Source: Chloroflexia bacterium (lineage in GTDB: Bacteria > Chloroflexota > Chloroflexia > Thermomicrobiales > JALYUS01). Taken from it: a DNA stretch of 32,354 nucleotides. The position numbers were made by a program, and so were the translations under genes. Positions 1 to 9,255 of this stretch are shown piece by piece (position 1 is the first letter of the stretch; the number at the start of each line of letters is the position of its first letter). The notes below the pieces were generated by a model. The model was not told the DNA's origin. It searched no databases and was given only the letters and a program-made list of their open reading frames with translations. The stretch lies in the NCBI GenBank assembly GCA_025928215.1, contig JAICJW010000003.1, positions 1 to 32,354 on the forward strand. The letters are read 5' to 3'.

Positions 1-32
1 ACGGCCCGGCAATCCAGGATACCGATGAACTG

Positions 33-587
33 GTGCTGATCGAGCGGGCAATCGCCGGCGACGAAAAGGCGTTCGCGGAACTCGTTACGCGCTATCAGAC
101 GGCTGTCTACAACCTCGCCAACCGGATGCTCGGCGATGCGGGCGAGGCGGAGGATGCCGCACAGGAAGTCTTCCTCCGTATCTACCGGCGGCTGGCAACG
201 TACGATGCCGATCACCGCTTCTCGACGTGGGTCCTTTCGATTGCCAGCCATTATTGCATTGATCTGCTTCGCCGCAAGCGCCCCTGGCTCGTGCCGATCG
301 AAAATATCTCCAACTGGATGCGCGCTCGCTCGCGCGGGCCGGAAGCATCGGCGCTCGTACAGGAGCAGCAGGATACGGTGCGCAACCTGCTCGCGAAACT
401 GCCCGAACATTATCGTCTCGTCCTTTTGCTGCGGTACTGGCACGATCTCGGCTATGAGGAGATCGCGCAGGTCGTTGATCTGCCCGTCAGTACAATCAAG
501 GCGCGTTTGCACCGGGCGCGGAACGCGCTTGCGGCGCTCGTGAATGGGGATGGGAGGCTTGCCGATGCATTGCAAGCAAACCCGTAG
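33..587 (+). CDS. ECF RNA polymerase sigma factor (SigW-like); true start may lie upstream of the window
   Basis: Region 2 (AFAELVTRYQ..AEDAAQEVF..FSTWV..IA..YCID) and region 4 (LGYEEIA..LPVSTIKARLHRAR) motifs. The frame is open back to position 3. Confidence 0.93.
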   Translation: MLIERAIAGDEKAFAELVTRYQTAVYNLANRMLGDAGEAEDAAQEVFLRIYRRLATYDADHRFSTWVLSIASHYCIDLLRRKRPWLVPIENISNWMRARSRGPEASALVQEQQDTVRNLLAKLPEHYRLVLLLRYWHDLGYEEIAQVVDLPVSTIKARLHRARNALAALVNGDGRLADALQANP

Positions 588-1116
588 CCTTCTCCTCCAA
601 TCGCTGGAACATCCTCTCGACGCCGAATGCGAGCGCATCGTTCAGGCGCACGTCGTGGAATGCACTGAGTGCCGCCGGTTTGCCGAGGCGATGCGGATGT
701 GGCCAGCCCATGCCGCCGCCCAGCAGCGTCGCCGGAATGCGCCCGACCTCACCGAGCGCGTGCTCGCCAATGTCCGGCCCTTGCCGCCGCCGTGGGTCTA
801 CCGGCACGAGCAACAAAACAAGCAGGTGCCGCAAATGGTCGCCTTCGTCGTCGGCGCGCTGGGGGTTTCGCTCGCCTTCCTGATGCTCTGCCTGACGTTC
901 GTCGTTGCGATTACGGGGCAGACGCGGCCCGCAGCGAGGGGCCAGGAACAACTGATGGTGCCGGAAGTGTGGCACGATATTCAATTGTGGATGAACAGTA
1001 TCCCGAGCGATCACGCACACGCCGTCGTGACCGTGGTCGTCGCGCTCGCGTTCACCGCCCTCGTCGTCACCTGGTTCCGCACCCTCTCGGTTCATGTTGG
1101 CCGTGACCGCCAATAA
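565..1116 (+). CDS. Zinc-binding anti-sigma factor (zf-HC2) with two predicted TM helices
   Basis: ATG at 565 gives MHCKQTRSLL..HVVECTEC (HxxxCxxC ZAS motif). Overlaps the sigma stop. Two hydrophobic segments follow. Confidence 0.82.
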   Translation: MHCKQTRSLLLQSLEHPLDAECERIVQAHVVECTECRRFAEAMRMWPAHAAAQQRRRNAPDLTERVLANVRPLPPPWVYRHEQQNKQVPQMVAFVVGALGVSLAFLMLCLTFVVAITGQTRPAARGQEQLMVPEVWHDIQLWMNSIPSDHAHAVVTVVVALAFTALVVTWFRTLSVHVGRDRQ

Positions 1117-1903
1117 CGCTCCCGCCGGACTCCCCCCGACTCCCATGCCGGTTCCAACCCCGATCCCGATCCCGATCATTCGCTTCGAGCGCGCGACCCG
1201 TCGGTACACGACGGGTCGCGGCATCGTCACCGCGCTCCACGAGGCGACCTTCACGGTGGCGCGGGGCGAGTGGGTGGCGATTGTCGGGCCGTCCGGCAGC
1301 GGCAAGAGCACGCTGATGAATCTTCTCGCCGGTATTGATCGGGCGAGCGCGGGCGAGGTATGGGTCAACGGCCAGGACTTGACGCAGCTCTCGGAGGAGC
1401 GGCTGGCACGCTGGCGCGGGCGCGAGGTCGGCATCGTCTTCCAGTTCTTCCAGTTGATGCCGACGCTGACGGCGGTCGAAAATGTCGTCCTGCCAATGGA
1501 GTTGCGCGGTCGGTGGCGTGGCGAGCGGCGGAAACGGGCGCTGGCCTTGCTGGATCGGGTCGGTGTCGCTGATCTCGCGGCCAGTCTGCCCGCGCAGATG
1601 TCGGGTGGGGAGCAGCAGCGCGTCGCCATTGCCCGTGCGCTCGCCAATGACCCGGCGATTTTACTCGCGGACGAACCGACGGGCAATCTCGACTCGGCGA
1701 CGGGGGAGCGGATTATCGAATTGCTCGCGGAACTCGCCGATGGCGAGCGGACGTTGCTGATTGTCACGCATGACGCGCGCCTGGCGTCTCGCGCGCCACG
1801 AACGATTGGCCTTGCGGATGGCGTCATCATGCAGGACACTAACGTATCCGCCGGGACGGTCCTCGCTGAGGCGCCGCTCGCAGAGGCGAACGAAACGGTA
1901 TAG
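1094..1903 (+). CDS. ABC transporter ATP-binding protein, LolD/MacB-type
   Basis: Walker A GPSGSGKST, GIVFQFFQL, signature MSGGEQQRVAIARAL, Walker B LLADEPTGNLD, H-loop VTHD. Start uncertain (1094 or 1103). Confidence 0.95.
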   Translation: MLAVTANNAPAGLPPTPMPVPTPIPIPIIRFERATRRYTTGRGIVTALHEATFTVARGEWVAIVGPSGSGKSTLMNLLAGIDRASAGEVWVNGQDLTQLSEERLARWRGREVGIVFQFFQLMPTLTAVENVVLPMELRGRWRGERRKRALALLDRVGVADLAASLPAQMSGGEQQRVAIARALANDPAILLADEPTGNLDSATGERIIELLAELADGERTLLIVTHDARLASRAPRTIGLADGVIMQDTNVSAGTVLAEAPLAEANETV

Positions 1904-1941
1904 CGGGTGGGCGCGGCGCGACGGATCGGTATATCACGCGC

Positions 1942-4284
1942 ATGACGATACTGATCACCAAAACAATCCGCGATTTCGGCGTGCGCCGCCTCCGGTCGGC
2001 ATTGCTGCTGCTGGGCATCGTAATCGGTGTCGCGGGGGTCGTCGCCATCGCCTATACCGCGCGAAACCTCGCCGCTGCTCAGCGCGCGGCGTATGTCTCC
2101 GCCTCGCAAGCTGATCTCTTCATCAATGTGCGGAGCTTTCCTGCCGCGCTCACCAATGTCATCCGGGAGACGGACAATGTCCAAACCGTCGAATCGCGCG
2201 TCAGCGATTACCTCCAGTGGTCGAATGGTGGCCCTTATCGGGATGTGCTGATCTATGGCGTGCATGATTTCAACAACATGCAAATCAACCGCCCGACGCT
2301 GATCGCGGGGCGCTGGCCGGGGAAGGGAGAGGCCGTCCTCGATTATTCATCCCAGCGGCTGCAACCCGTGGCGATTGGTGACACGATCGCGCTGCGGGAG
2401 AGCGTCGCGACCCCACCCGTCTATGCGCGCATCAGCGGCTTCACGCGCACGCCGGGGGAGCCGGATGCCTCGATTCAAAACCGTGCGACCGGTTATGCAC
2501 CGGCGGCGGATGTGCAACTGTGGCGTCAGGAGCCGGGAGATAACCAATTGCTTGTGCGCCTCGGAGAACTCCGGCGGGCGACTGAGACGCGACAAGCGAT
2601 CATCCGCGTGCTGGACAAGCGTGGCATCGCGCATGGGCAAGGAGCGATCCGCGATCCGCAGCAGGCGGTTGGGACGAAAGAACTCGGCGTGCTCCTGCTC
2701 CTGATGTCCGTCTTCTCGGTGATTGGCGTCGTGCTCAGTGGATTTCTCGTCTGGAACACGATGACGGCGGTGATGTCCGAGGAGATGCGGCAAGTCGGTA
2801 TCCTGCGCGCCCTCGGCGCCAGCCGCTGGCAGGTATTGCGCACCTATCTGTTCCCCGCAATCCTTGTCGGCTTCGTCGGCAGCCTCGCCGGTATCGCCGT
2901 TGGGGTGATCGGCGGCGGCGCGCTTGCCGCGTTTCTCGGCGGATTGATCGGCCTCGCCTTGCCGCCATTCACGCTCGCGCCGCGGGAGGTGGTGCTCGGG
3001 TCGCTGGTCGGCATGGGTGTCGGGATGGGTGCGGCGATCTTCCCCGCGTGGCAGGGAACGCGTGTCACGGCACTGGAACTGCTGCGCAATTACGGCGTTC
3101 GCGCGGACTATGGGGTCGGATTCATCCAAACGATGCTCGCCCGCTTGCAGGGAACGAGCGCGATGGTCGCGATGGCGATACGGAACACCTGGCGGCGGCG
3201 CGTTCGGTCGGTCGTGACGATGCTCGTCGTCGGCGTCGGCGCGGCGGCCTTCATCGGCACCCAGGCGCTCAATGCGTCAGTATCCCATACCGTAGATAGT
3301 TTGTACGCGATCTATGCGGCGGATGCGTGGCTGAGTTTCAACCGCGCAATGAGTCTCCAGTTTACGGACGAACTGCGCCGGGATCCCGACATCGTCGCAT
3401 CGGAGGGGTGGGTGCGCGACGACGCATATGTGCAACAAACATTGACCGACCTCTGGGGCATTCCGGCCGACACGGCGCTCTACCTTCATCAGGTAACGGC
3501 GGGGCGCTGGTATGCCGCGCATGACCCGGCGGAAGTGGTGGTGACGGCAAATCTCGCGCGCAGCCTCGGCTTGCATGCGGGCGATCCGCTGAACGTCGTC
3601 TACCGCAAGCGGCAGCAGACGTACAGTATCGTCGGAATCGTGGATGACGCGAGCACCTATCTGGGCAGCCGCGCCACCGGCAAGGTCTTCATGACGCCGG
3701 AGAACGCGAACACTCTGCGGGGAACGGGCAATGTCGCGGATTTCTTCGCGGTCCGCTTCACGGACTCGTCGCCGGGCGGGGTGAATGCGGCGCTCCGGCA
3801 GGTCGAGCAACAGTTCCGCACCGACGAGCCATCGGCACTTGCCGCGTATGAGGATCGCGCGAATACCCAGAACGTCACGCGCATCCTCACGGTGTTGCTC
3901 GATGCGATGGTGGTCGTGGTCGCGGTGATCGGGATGGTCGGCCTCGTCAATACGCTCATACTCAATATCACCGAGCGGCGGCGCGAACTGGGCATCTTGC
4001 GCTCGATTGGCGCGGGTGGCGGCGCGCTCATCCGGCTGCTCGTCAGCGAGGGGATTGTGCTCGGCGGGCTGGGCTACGGGCTTGGGCTTGTCGGCGGCTA
4101 CGCGCTCGCCCGCTATCTCGTCGCGTTGGCGGGGGCGGAACTCTTCCGCATGCAATTTACGCTGTCGCCGCTTGTCCTTCTGCTCACCGGCGTATTGACG
4201 CTCGTCGTCGCGGCGGGGGCGAGCGTGGCACCCGGCATCCTTGCGGCGCGGCTCCGCCCCATCGAGGCGGTGCGCTATGAGTAG
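1942..4284 (+). CDS. ABC transporter permease, MacB/FtsX family, two fused repeats
   Basis: 780 aa with two TM/extracytoplasmic/3-TM units. FtsX motifs EEMRQVGILRALGA and ERRRELGILRSIGA; C-terminal AARLRPIEAVRYE. Confidence 0.93.
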   Translation: MTILITKTIRDFGVRRLRSALLLLGIVIGVAGVVAIAYTARNLAAAQRAAYVSASQADLFINVRSFPAALTNVIRETDNVQTVESRVSDYLQWSNGGPYRDVLIYGVHDFNNMQINRPTLIAGRWPGKGEAVLDYSSQRLQPVAIGDTIALRESVATPPVYARISGFTRTPGEPDASIQNRATGYAPAADVQLWRQEPGDNQLLVRLGELRRATETRQAIIRVLDKRGIAHGQGAIRDPQQAVGTKELGVLLLLMSVFSVIGVVLSGFLVWNTMTAVMSEEMRQVGILRALGASRWQVLRTYLFPAILVGFVGSLAGIAVGVIGGGALAAFLGGLIGLALPPFTLAPREVVLGSLVGMGVGMGAAIFPAWQGTRVTALELLRNYGVRADYGVGFIQTMLARLQGTSAMVAMAIRNTWRRRVRSVVTMLVVGVGAAAFIGTQALNASVSHTVDSLYAIYAADAWLSFNRAMSLQFTDELRRDPDIVASEGWVRDDAYVQQTLTDLWGIPADTALYLHQVTAGRWYAAHDPAEVVVTANLARSLGLHAGDPLNVVYRKRQQTYSIVGIVDDASTYLGSRATGKVFMTPENANTLRGTGNVADFFAVRFTDSSPGGVNAALRQVEQQFRTDEPSALAAYEDRANTQNVTRILTVLLDAMVVVVAVIGMVGLVNTLILNITERRRELGILRSIGAGGGALIRLLVSEGIVLGGLGYGLGLVGGYALARYLVALAGAELFRMQFTLSPLVLLLTGVLTLVVAAGASVAPGILAARLRPIEAVRYE

Positions 4285-5269
4285 GCGGCCAGCAATCGCA
4301 CTGGGGTTGCTCCTTGTCGTGGTCGCTGGCGTCGCCATTTGGGCGGGATTCTTCCGCACATCGCGCGGTAGTGTCCATACGGTGACGGTCGAACGCCGCG
4401 CCGAATTGAGCGCGACCGTGCAAGCGACGGGCAAGGTGGATGTGACCGGAAAGCTGGTCATCCCCCTCTCGCAGACGGGCACCGTGCGCGTCGTCGCTGT
4501 CAAAGTCGGCGATAGCGTGCATACGGGCGATCTGATCGTGGCGATGGATGATGCCCGCCAGCGTCAGGATGTTCAGGCGGCATCGGATGCGCTCGATGCG
4601 GCGCAATATGGCCTGACGAGCGCTCGCGCCCGTGGCGGTGGCGATCCGGGCGGAAGTGCGGCGATCATCACCGCCGAAGCGGCGGTGCAGGACGCACAAC
4701 GCCGCCTTGACACCGCGCGGGACGCTCTCAGACGCACCCTCGTGCTCGCGCCGATAGATGGCACGATCCTCTCGCTGTCCGTTGTGGAGAAGGGCAGTTA
4801 CAATCAGGGGCAGGAAGTCACCCAGATTGCCAATGTGCAGAATCTCGTCCTGACGGTTGATCTGGACGAACTCGACGTGCCGCGCCTCGGGGACAACCGC
4901 GCGACGAAAATCATCTTTGACGCCTTCCCCGGCAACGAAATCACCGGCACACTCACCGCTATCGCGCCAGTGGCGACGAATCGGGGTGGGCGCACGATCT
5001 ATGAAGGGACCGTCACCTTTGCCCGCCCGCCGAATCTCGATCTCCGGCCCGGTATGGGCGCGGACGTCACCATCGCGACCCGCACCGAGCAGAATGTGCT
5101 CGTCGTGCCGGATCTCGCCGTGGAGACGATTGGCGCGAAGACCTTTCTCACTGTTCTCCACGATGATGGATCGCGCGAACGTGTCGAAGTACGCACCGGT
5201 ATCCGCACGAACGGCGTGATCGTCATCGCAAGTGGCGTCAGCGAAGGCACACACGTCGTCGTGCCGTAG
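4277..5269 (+). CDS. Efflux periplasmic adaptor / membrane fusion protein (MacA/HlyD-like)
   Basis: ATG 4277 overlaps the permease stop. N-terminal TM, lipoyl halves (VKVGDSVHTGD, LAPIDGTI), alpha hairpin, LRPGM, C-terminal SGVSEGTHVV. Confidence 0.9.
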   Translation: MSRRPAIALGLLLVVVAGVAIWAGFFRTSRGSVHTVTVERRAELSATVQATGKVDVTGKLVIPLSQTGTVRVVAVKVGDSVHTGDLIVAMDDARQRQDVQAASDALDAAQYGLTSARARGGGDPGGSAAIITAEAAVQDAQRRLDTARDALRRTLVLAPIDGTILSLSVVEKGSYNQGQEVTQIANVQNLVLTVDLDELDVPRLGDNRATKIIFDAFPGNEITGTLTAIAPVATNRGGRTIYEGTVTFARPPNLDLRPGMGADVTIATRTEQNVLVVPDLAVETIGAKTFLTVLHDDGSRERVEVRTGIRTNGVIVIASGVSEGTHVVVP

Positions 5270-5279
5270 GAGAGATATG

Positions 5280-5309
5280 GGTGGTGGCAGGCTGAAGCCC
5301 GCCACCACC
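5280..5309. repeat. REP-like palindrome between convergent genes; possible terminator
   Basis: GGTGGTGGCAGGCT-GA-AGCCCGCCACCACC, 14-bp arms with one mismatch. Confidence 0.7.
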
Positions 5310-5324
5310 GGGAAGAGTGCTATC

Positions 5325-5708
5325 CTATGTGGATGTCCCGCTGCTGTGTGACTCGACGGACGGCTTCGCGGGTTCGTCGAGGACATTCACGTACTGATTG
5401 AGGCGCGACTTCGCCTCGTCGCCGAGCCGGTTAATCTCATCGCTCAGGCTGCTAACGCCCTGTTGCAGCATTTCGATTAGCCGGTCAATAGCCTCCTCGA
5501 TCAGCGGCATATTCTCGCGCACCGCGCCCTGAAGTTGCTCGTCAATGTTCGCGAACTGCGAACCGAGCAGCGAAGAGAGTTTCGCTCGCCCCTGCTCGCT
5601 CCGCATATACATAATGAGTGCGACTGCCCCCGCCGAGAGGGCGCCGCCCGCGCCGAAGCGCGCGAACTTCTGTCCTTTTGTCTCCGCGTCGTTCGTCGTC
5701 ATTGCCAT
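5325..5708 (-). CDS. Hypothetical protein: single TM followed by amphipathic helices (YtxH-like architecture)
   Basis: Strong RBS GAGGAGGAG before ATG 5708. Hydrophobic GAGGALSAGAVALIMY followed by an acidic helical region. Confidence 0.7.
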   Translation of the reverse strand: MAMTTNDAETKGQKFARFGAGGALSAGAVALIMYMRSEQGRAKLSSLLGSQFANIDEQLQGAVRENMPLIEEAIDRLIEMLQQGVSSLSDEINRLGDEAKSRLNQYVNVLDEPAKPSVESHSSGTST

Positions 5709-5744
5709 CGGTCTCCTCCTCTTTCCGTACAACCCTATTGCAAC

Positions 5745-6590
5745 TTACGCGCCGCCGGAATTCCGCTCCTTTTCCTCGTCTATCTCCGGGATGAGTCGTT
5801 CGAGTATGGCCGCGAGCCGTTTCGCGCTCTGTGCCCCTTGATGTACCACGTCGGTGTGCGAGAGCGATTCCGCCCCCACGATATTTGTGATCGAGGAGAA
5901 GGCGAGGACATCCATGCCGCAACACCGCGCGACCAGCGCTTCCGGCGCGGTAGACATCCCGACCGCATCCGCCCCGATCGCGCGGAGGAAACGCTGCTCG
6001 GCGGGGGTTTCGTAACTCGGGCCGCCGACCATCGCATAGACCCCTTCGCGCAGCACGATGCCCGCGCTCGCGGCGGCGATGTGGGCGCGGGCGCGCAGGT
6101 GGGGCGTGTAGACATGCGTGCAATCGAGGAAGTTCGGCCCGCCGCGCAGGGGGTTGTGGCCGATGAGGCCGGGCAAGTTGATATGATCGCCGAGAACCAT
6201 CAGATCGCCGACGCCGTAGTCCGGGTTGAGGCCGCCCGCCGCGTTCGTGAGGATGAGCGTCGTGATCCGCGCGTGGTGCAACAAGCGAACGTACTCCGTG
6301 ACCGCCGCGATACTGACACCCTGATAGGAGTGCAGGCGGCCGCTGACGAGCAGGATGGGGACGGTGCCGCAGTTCACGAGCGCAAATTCCCGGCGATGGC
6401 CGGGTACGTCGCCCGCGTCGCTGCGCATGAAGGACGACCACGACCAGCGCCCGATGACCGGCCATGCCGCCAGCGCGTCACCGAGGCCCGATCCGAGGGT
6501 GACGGCGATGCGTGGCTGCGTGCCCGTTGCCTCGATGACAGCGGCAAACGCGGTTTCGGGGTCGGGTGTTGTCGAGAGACGTGCGGCCAT
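5745..6590 (-). CDS. punA: Purine-nucleoside phosphorylase (trimeric family)
   Basis: LGSGLG, GRLHSYQG, LTNAAGG, DHIN, GPSYETPAE, VGMST and ITN motifs. Start ATG 6590. Confidence 0.92.
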   Translation of the reverse strand: MAARLSTTPDPETAFAAVIEATGTQPRIAVTLGSGLGDALAAWPVIGRWSWSSFMRSDAGDVPGHRREFALVNCGTVPILLVSGRLHSYQGVSIAAVTEYVRLLHHARITTLILTNAAGGLNPDYGVGDLMVLGDHINLPGLIGHNPLRGGPNFLDCTHVYTPHLRARAHIAAASAGIVLREGVYAMVGGPSYETPAEQRFLRAIGADAVGMSTAPEALVARCCGMDVLAFSSITNIVGAESLSHTDVVHQGAQSAKRLAAILERLIPEIDEEKERNSGGA

Positions 6591-6600
6591 AATTCGGCTT

Positions 6601-7257
6601 TCAGATACGGTTGAGCAGTTCGGCGCGCTTCGCGTCATATTCGGCCTGCGAGATCGCACCGCGATCCCGGAGATCGGCGAGTTTCGCGATCAGAGAGGCG
6701 GCATCTTCCTGTCTGACCGGCGCGATGGCGGGCGGAGCGGGACGGTAGCCGCTTATCCGGTCGGTGTAGGAATCGCGCGCCGCGAGCACGGCCCGTTTGA
6801 AGGCGAGCGGATCGGCGACGTGCTCAAGCAGGTCCGCGCCGACATCATTGCCGGTGACGATCTCCATATCGCCGTAGTTGAGCATGCGGCCAAAGAGCGT
6901 TTGATTGAGCACGAGGTCGTTGATCATATTGAGCGATGAGTCAATCGTGTGCTTGCCGAGCAGGCCGGAGACCTGGATAACGCGGCGATCGGTGATGATG
7001 TAGTGCTCGTTGCGCCAGCGCAGAAACTGGATGAAGACTTGCAGATAAAAGATGAGCGCCAGGGCGAGGAAAACAATCAGGACGATCAGGCCGACTCTGG
7101 CGTTGCTGATCTTCACCTTCGCGACAATGCCGATGATGAGGAGGAGAATCGTCAGGAGCGCGTTGCCGGCGACCCGCTTTGCCAGAACCGTCCAGTGGGG
7201 ATGCGCGGCGAACAGTTTTTCCTCGCCGTTGCCGAGCAGGTCATCAATGTATGCCAT
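6601..7257 (-). CDS. Membrane protein with bacterial PH (bPH_2) domain and C-terminal SHOCT domain
   Basis: RBS GGGAGG before ATG 7257. Two TMs, YIITDRRVI..SGLL, GRMLNYGD, and LAxLRDRGAISQAEYDAKRAELL (SHOCT). Confidence 0.88.
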   Translation of the reverse strand: MAYIDDLLGNGEEKLFAAHPHWTVLAKRVAGNALLTILLLIIGIVAKVKISNARVGLIVLIVFLALALIFYLQVFIQFLRWRNEHYIITDRRVIQVSGLLGKHTIDSSLNMINDLVLNQTLFGRMLNYGDMEIVTGNDVGADLLEHVADPLAFKRAVLAARDSYTDRISGYRPAPPAIAPVRQEDAASLIAKLADLRDRGAISQAEYDAKRAELLNRI

Positions 7258-8056
7258 CCCGTCCCTCCCTTTCCGCCCGATAGCCGTCGTCCATCCGTTG
7301 CAACACGAGAGGCGAGCGGAGATCGTGCTCGGCAGCGGCGCGAATCCACCGGCCAAGCACCGCGCCCGCCTCGTCCAGCGCCTCCGGCGGCAATCGCACC
7401 TGCACGATCCGCGCGAGTGACTCCCGCGCGAGGAGACGGAGCGCCTTGATTGTCGCCGTCTCAATTGGTTGCGCGAGCACATCCAGGTGGCGGCACGCCG
7501 GGCAGAGCAGGCCGCCCCGTTCGATGCTGGCGACATATGGCACGTCCGGCGCAATCGGCGCGTCGCACCTAGCGCACGCCGACCAACTGGGCGCGAGGCC
7601 ATTGAGGGTGAGGATGAACAACTCGAACCAGCGACAGGTCGCCGATGCGTCCGCGCCGACATCGAGCGCGACGAGCGCGGCGACAAATGCGTCATAGAGC
7701 GCACGGCTGCCGCTCTCCTCCTCGGAGAAGGTATCCACCAGTTCCGCGAGATAATAGGCGGGGCCGAGGAGATCGAGGTCCGTGCGGAGGCGCATAAACG
7801 GTTCGATCATCTCGACCTGCGCGATGATATCGAGGTCGTGCCCTTGCGCGAGCATCATCGCGCAACGACAGAATGGCTCCAGATGCCCCGATTTCTTGCT
7901 CGTCATTTTCCGCACGCCCTTCGCAGCGGCGCGCACTTTCCCGCGATCGGGCGTGATGATCGTCAGAATGCGGTCCGCCTCGCCCAGATCGCGACCACGC
8001 AGGACGATCCCTTCGGTGCGGTAGGTTCGTTGTCCCGTTGCGCGTGGCACCGTCAC
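7244..8056 (-). CDS. recO: DNA repair protein RecO
   Basis: YRTEGIVLR..LGEADRIL..GKVRAAAKGVRK..GHLEPF N-terminus. Zinc finger CARC..GGLLCPAC. RBS GGAG before GTG. Confidence 0.95.
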   Translation of the reverse strand: MTVPRATGQRTYRTEGIVLRGRDLGEADRILTIITPDRGKVRAAAKGVRKMTSKKSGHLEPFCRCAMMLAQGHDLDIIAQVEMIEPFMRLRTDLDLLGPAYYLAELVDTFSEEESGSRALYDAFVAALVALDVGADASATCRWFELFILTLNGLAPSWSACARCDAPIAPDVPYVASIERGGLLCPACRHLDVLAQPIETATIKALRLLARESLARIVQVRLPPEALDEAGAVLGRWIRAAAEHDLRSPLVLQRMDDGYRAEREGRDGIH

Positions 8057-8120
8057 TCTCCTTTCGAGAGTGCGATTATCGCAGAGGACGCGCCGCCGCG
8101 CACGCTATTTCGCCGTTTTC

Positions 8121-8174
8121 GGTGGGAGCGGTTTTCCCGCCTATCATCCGGCTGGCTGGAAGCCTGTTCCCACC
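8121..8174. repeat. REP-like inverted doublet
   Basis: GGTGGGAGCGGTTTTCCCGCC ... GGCTGGAAGCCTGTTCCCACC. The right arm reads GGTGGGAACAGGCTTCCAGCC on the minus strand, matching the 23642 repeat family. Confidence 0.65.
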
Positions 8175-8179
8175 ATATT

Positions 8180-8210
8180 TTGCTCTGGATACCGCGAATC
8201 GCGGTATCAT
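8180..8210 (+). promoter_or_regulatory. Putative ccdA promoter overlapped by a perfect 21-bp palindrome
   Basis: TTGCTC-19 nt-TATCAT. Palindrome GATACCGCGA-A-TCGCGGTATC at 8188-8208. Confidence 0.45.
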
Positions 8211-8243
8211 AGCGGGGCGGTGTGTCGCGCTGGAGGTTCGCCC

Positions 8244-9092
8244 GTGTTGCTCGTCCTCACTGTACACGTTCAAGGGGCGCCGCTGATTTTCGGGATACCG
8301 CTCGCATTCCTGGGGGGGTTCCTCTCCTTTGTGTCGCCGTGTGTCCTCCCGCTCGTGCCGGGATACCTTGGCTACCTGGCGGGTATGTCGGTGGCGGAGG
8401 GGAGCGTGCCGCGTCGCCGGACGCTCCTGCTCACCGGGGTGGCGTTCGTCCTCGGTTTCTCGGCGGTGTTCACGCTCTTTGGCATCGCGATCGGTCAGTT
8501 CCTCACGAATGTGCAGGCGGCGCAAGGCTACATTCGCTGGATTGGCGGCGTGGTGATTATTCTTCTCGGCTTTCATATGCTCGGCGTAATCCGTGTCCCG
8601 ATGTTGGATCGTACCGTGAAGGTGCAGCCGGGCGCGGCATTCATGCGGAGCAATCGGGACCGCCTGGGGATCATCGCCCATTCCCGCGTGACGCCGGAGC
8701 AGGAAAGCGAGGCGCGGACGCTCGTCGCGGAGCGGCGAACGACCGTGGCGCTGTTCGGGCGGTCGTTCCTGATCGGGATATTCTTCGCGGCGGGGTGGTC
8801 GCCCTGTGTCGGCCCGATCCTGGCGGGCATTTATGGCGTCGTCGGGGCACAACCGGCGAACGGCGGCATCCTGCTTTTCGTCTACTCGCTCGGCCTCGGC
8901 GTGCCTTTTCTCTGCGTCGCGCTGCTTTTCGGTAACGCGAGCGGCGTGCTCCGGCGCGTCAATCGCTGGTACGGGGTCATTTCAATCGCGAGCGGGCTGT
9001 TCCTGATTGCCATTGGCTGCCTACTGTTGACGGACACCTTTACGCGGCTGGCGCGGTATGCGCCCGCGATCAGCCTCCCCGGAGTGACTTGA
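8244..9092 (+). CDS. ccdA: Cytochrome c biogenesis thiol-disulfide transporter CcdA
   Basis: RBS GGAGG, GTG 8244. AFLGGFLSFVSPCVLPLVPGY and GWSPCVGPIL redox-Cys motifs, YSLGLGVPF, six TMs. Confidence 0.94.
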   Translation: MLLVLTVHVQGAPLIFGIPLAFLGGFLSFVSPCVLPLVPGYLGYLAGMSVAEGSVPRRRTLLLTGVAFVLGFSAVFTLFGIAIGQFLTNVQAAQGYIRWIGGVVIILLGFHMLGVIRVPMLDRTVKVQPGAAFMRSNRDRLGIIAHSRVTPEQESEARTLVAERRTTVALFGRSFLIGIFFAAGWSPCVGPILAGIYGVVGAQPANGGILLFVYSLGLGVPFLCVALLFGNASGVLRRVNRWYGVISIASGLFLIAIGCLLLTDTFTRLARYAPAISLPGVT

Positions 9093-9114
9093 GCGAGCAT
9101 GCATGCGCTCCTGG

Positions 9115-9255
9115 TCAACCTCACCCCCGGCCCCTCTCCGTCAAGCGGCAAGGGGTGACTCGTTGCGTTAGCGGGGTATTTCCCAAACCCCCCGATCTCC
9201 AAGAAGTTGCTTCCCCGCGTCATCGCAACGGAGAGGGGGCCGGGGGTGAGGTTGA
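9115..9255. repeat. REPIN/MITE-like element with 27-28 bp terminal inverted repeats
   Basis: TCAACCTCACCCCCGGCCCCTCTCCGT (9115-9141) versus ACGGAGAGGGGGCCGGGGGTGAGGTTGA (9228-9255); complementary except for one extra G. Confidence 0.8.

Noticed and set aside
1130-1180. CCCGAT x3 / Pro-rich stretch at the ABC ATPase N-terminus
   Set aside because: In-frame low-complexity linker (PTPIPIPI), too short to suggest a contingency locus.
496-2283. Long antisense ORF (595 aa) and many similar shadow ORFs across the window
   Set aside because: They lie opposite or out of frame to well-supported genes and have Arg/Pro-rich non-protein composition, as expected in high-GC DNA.
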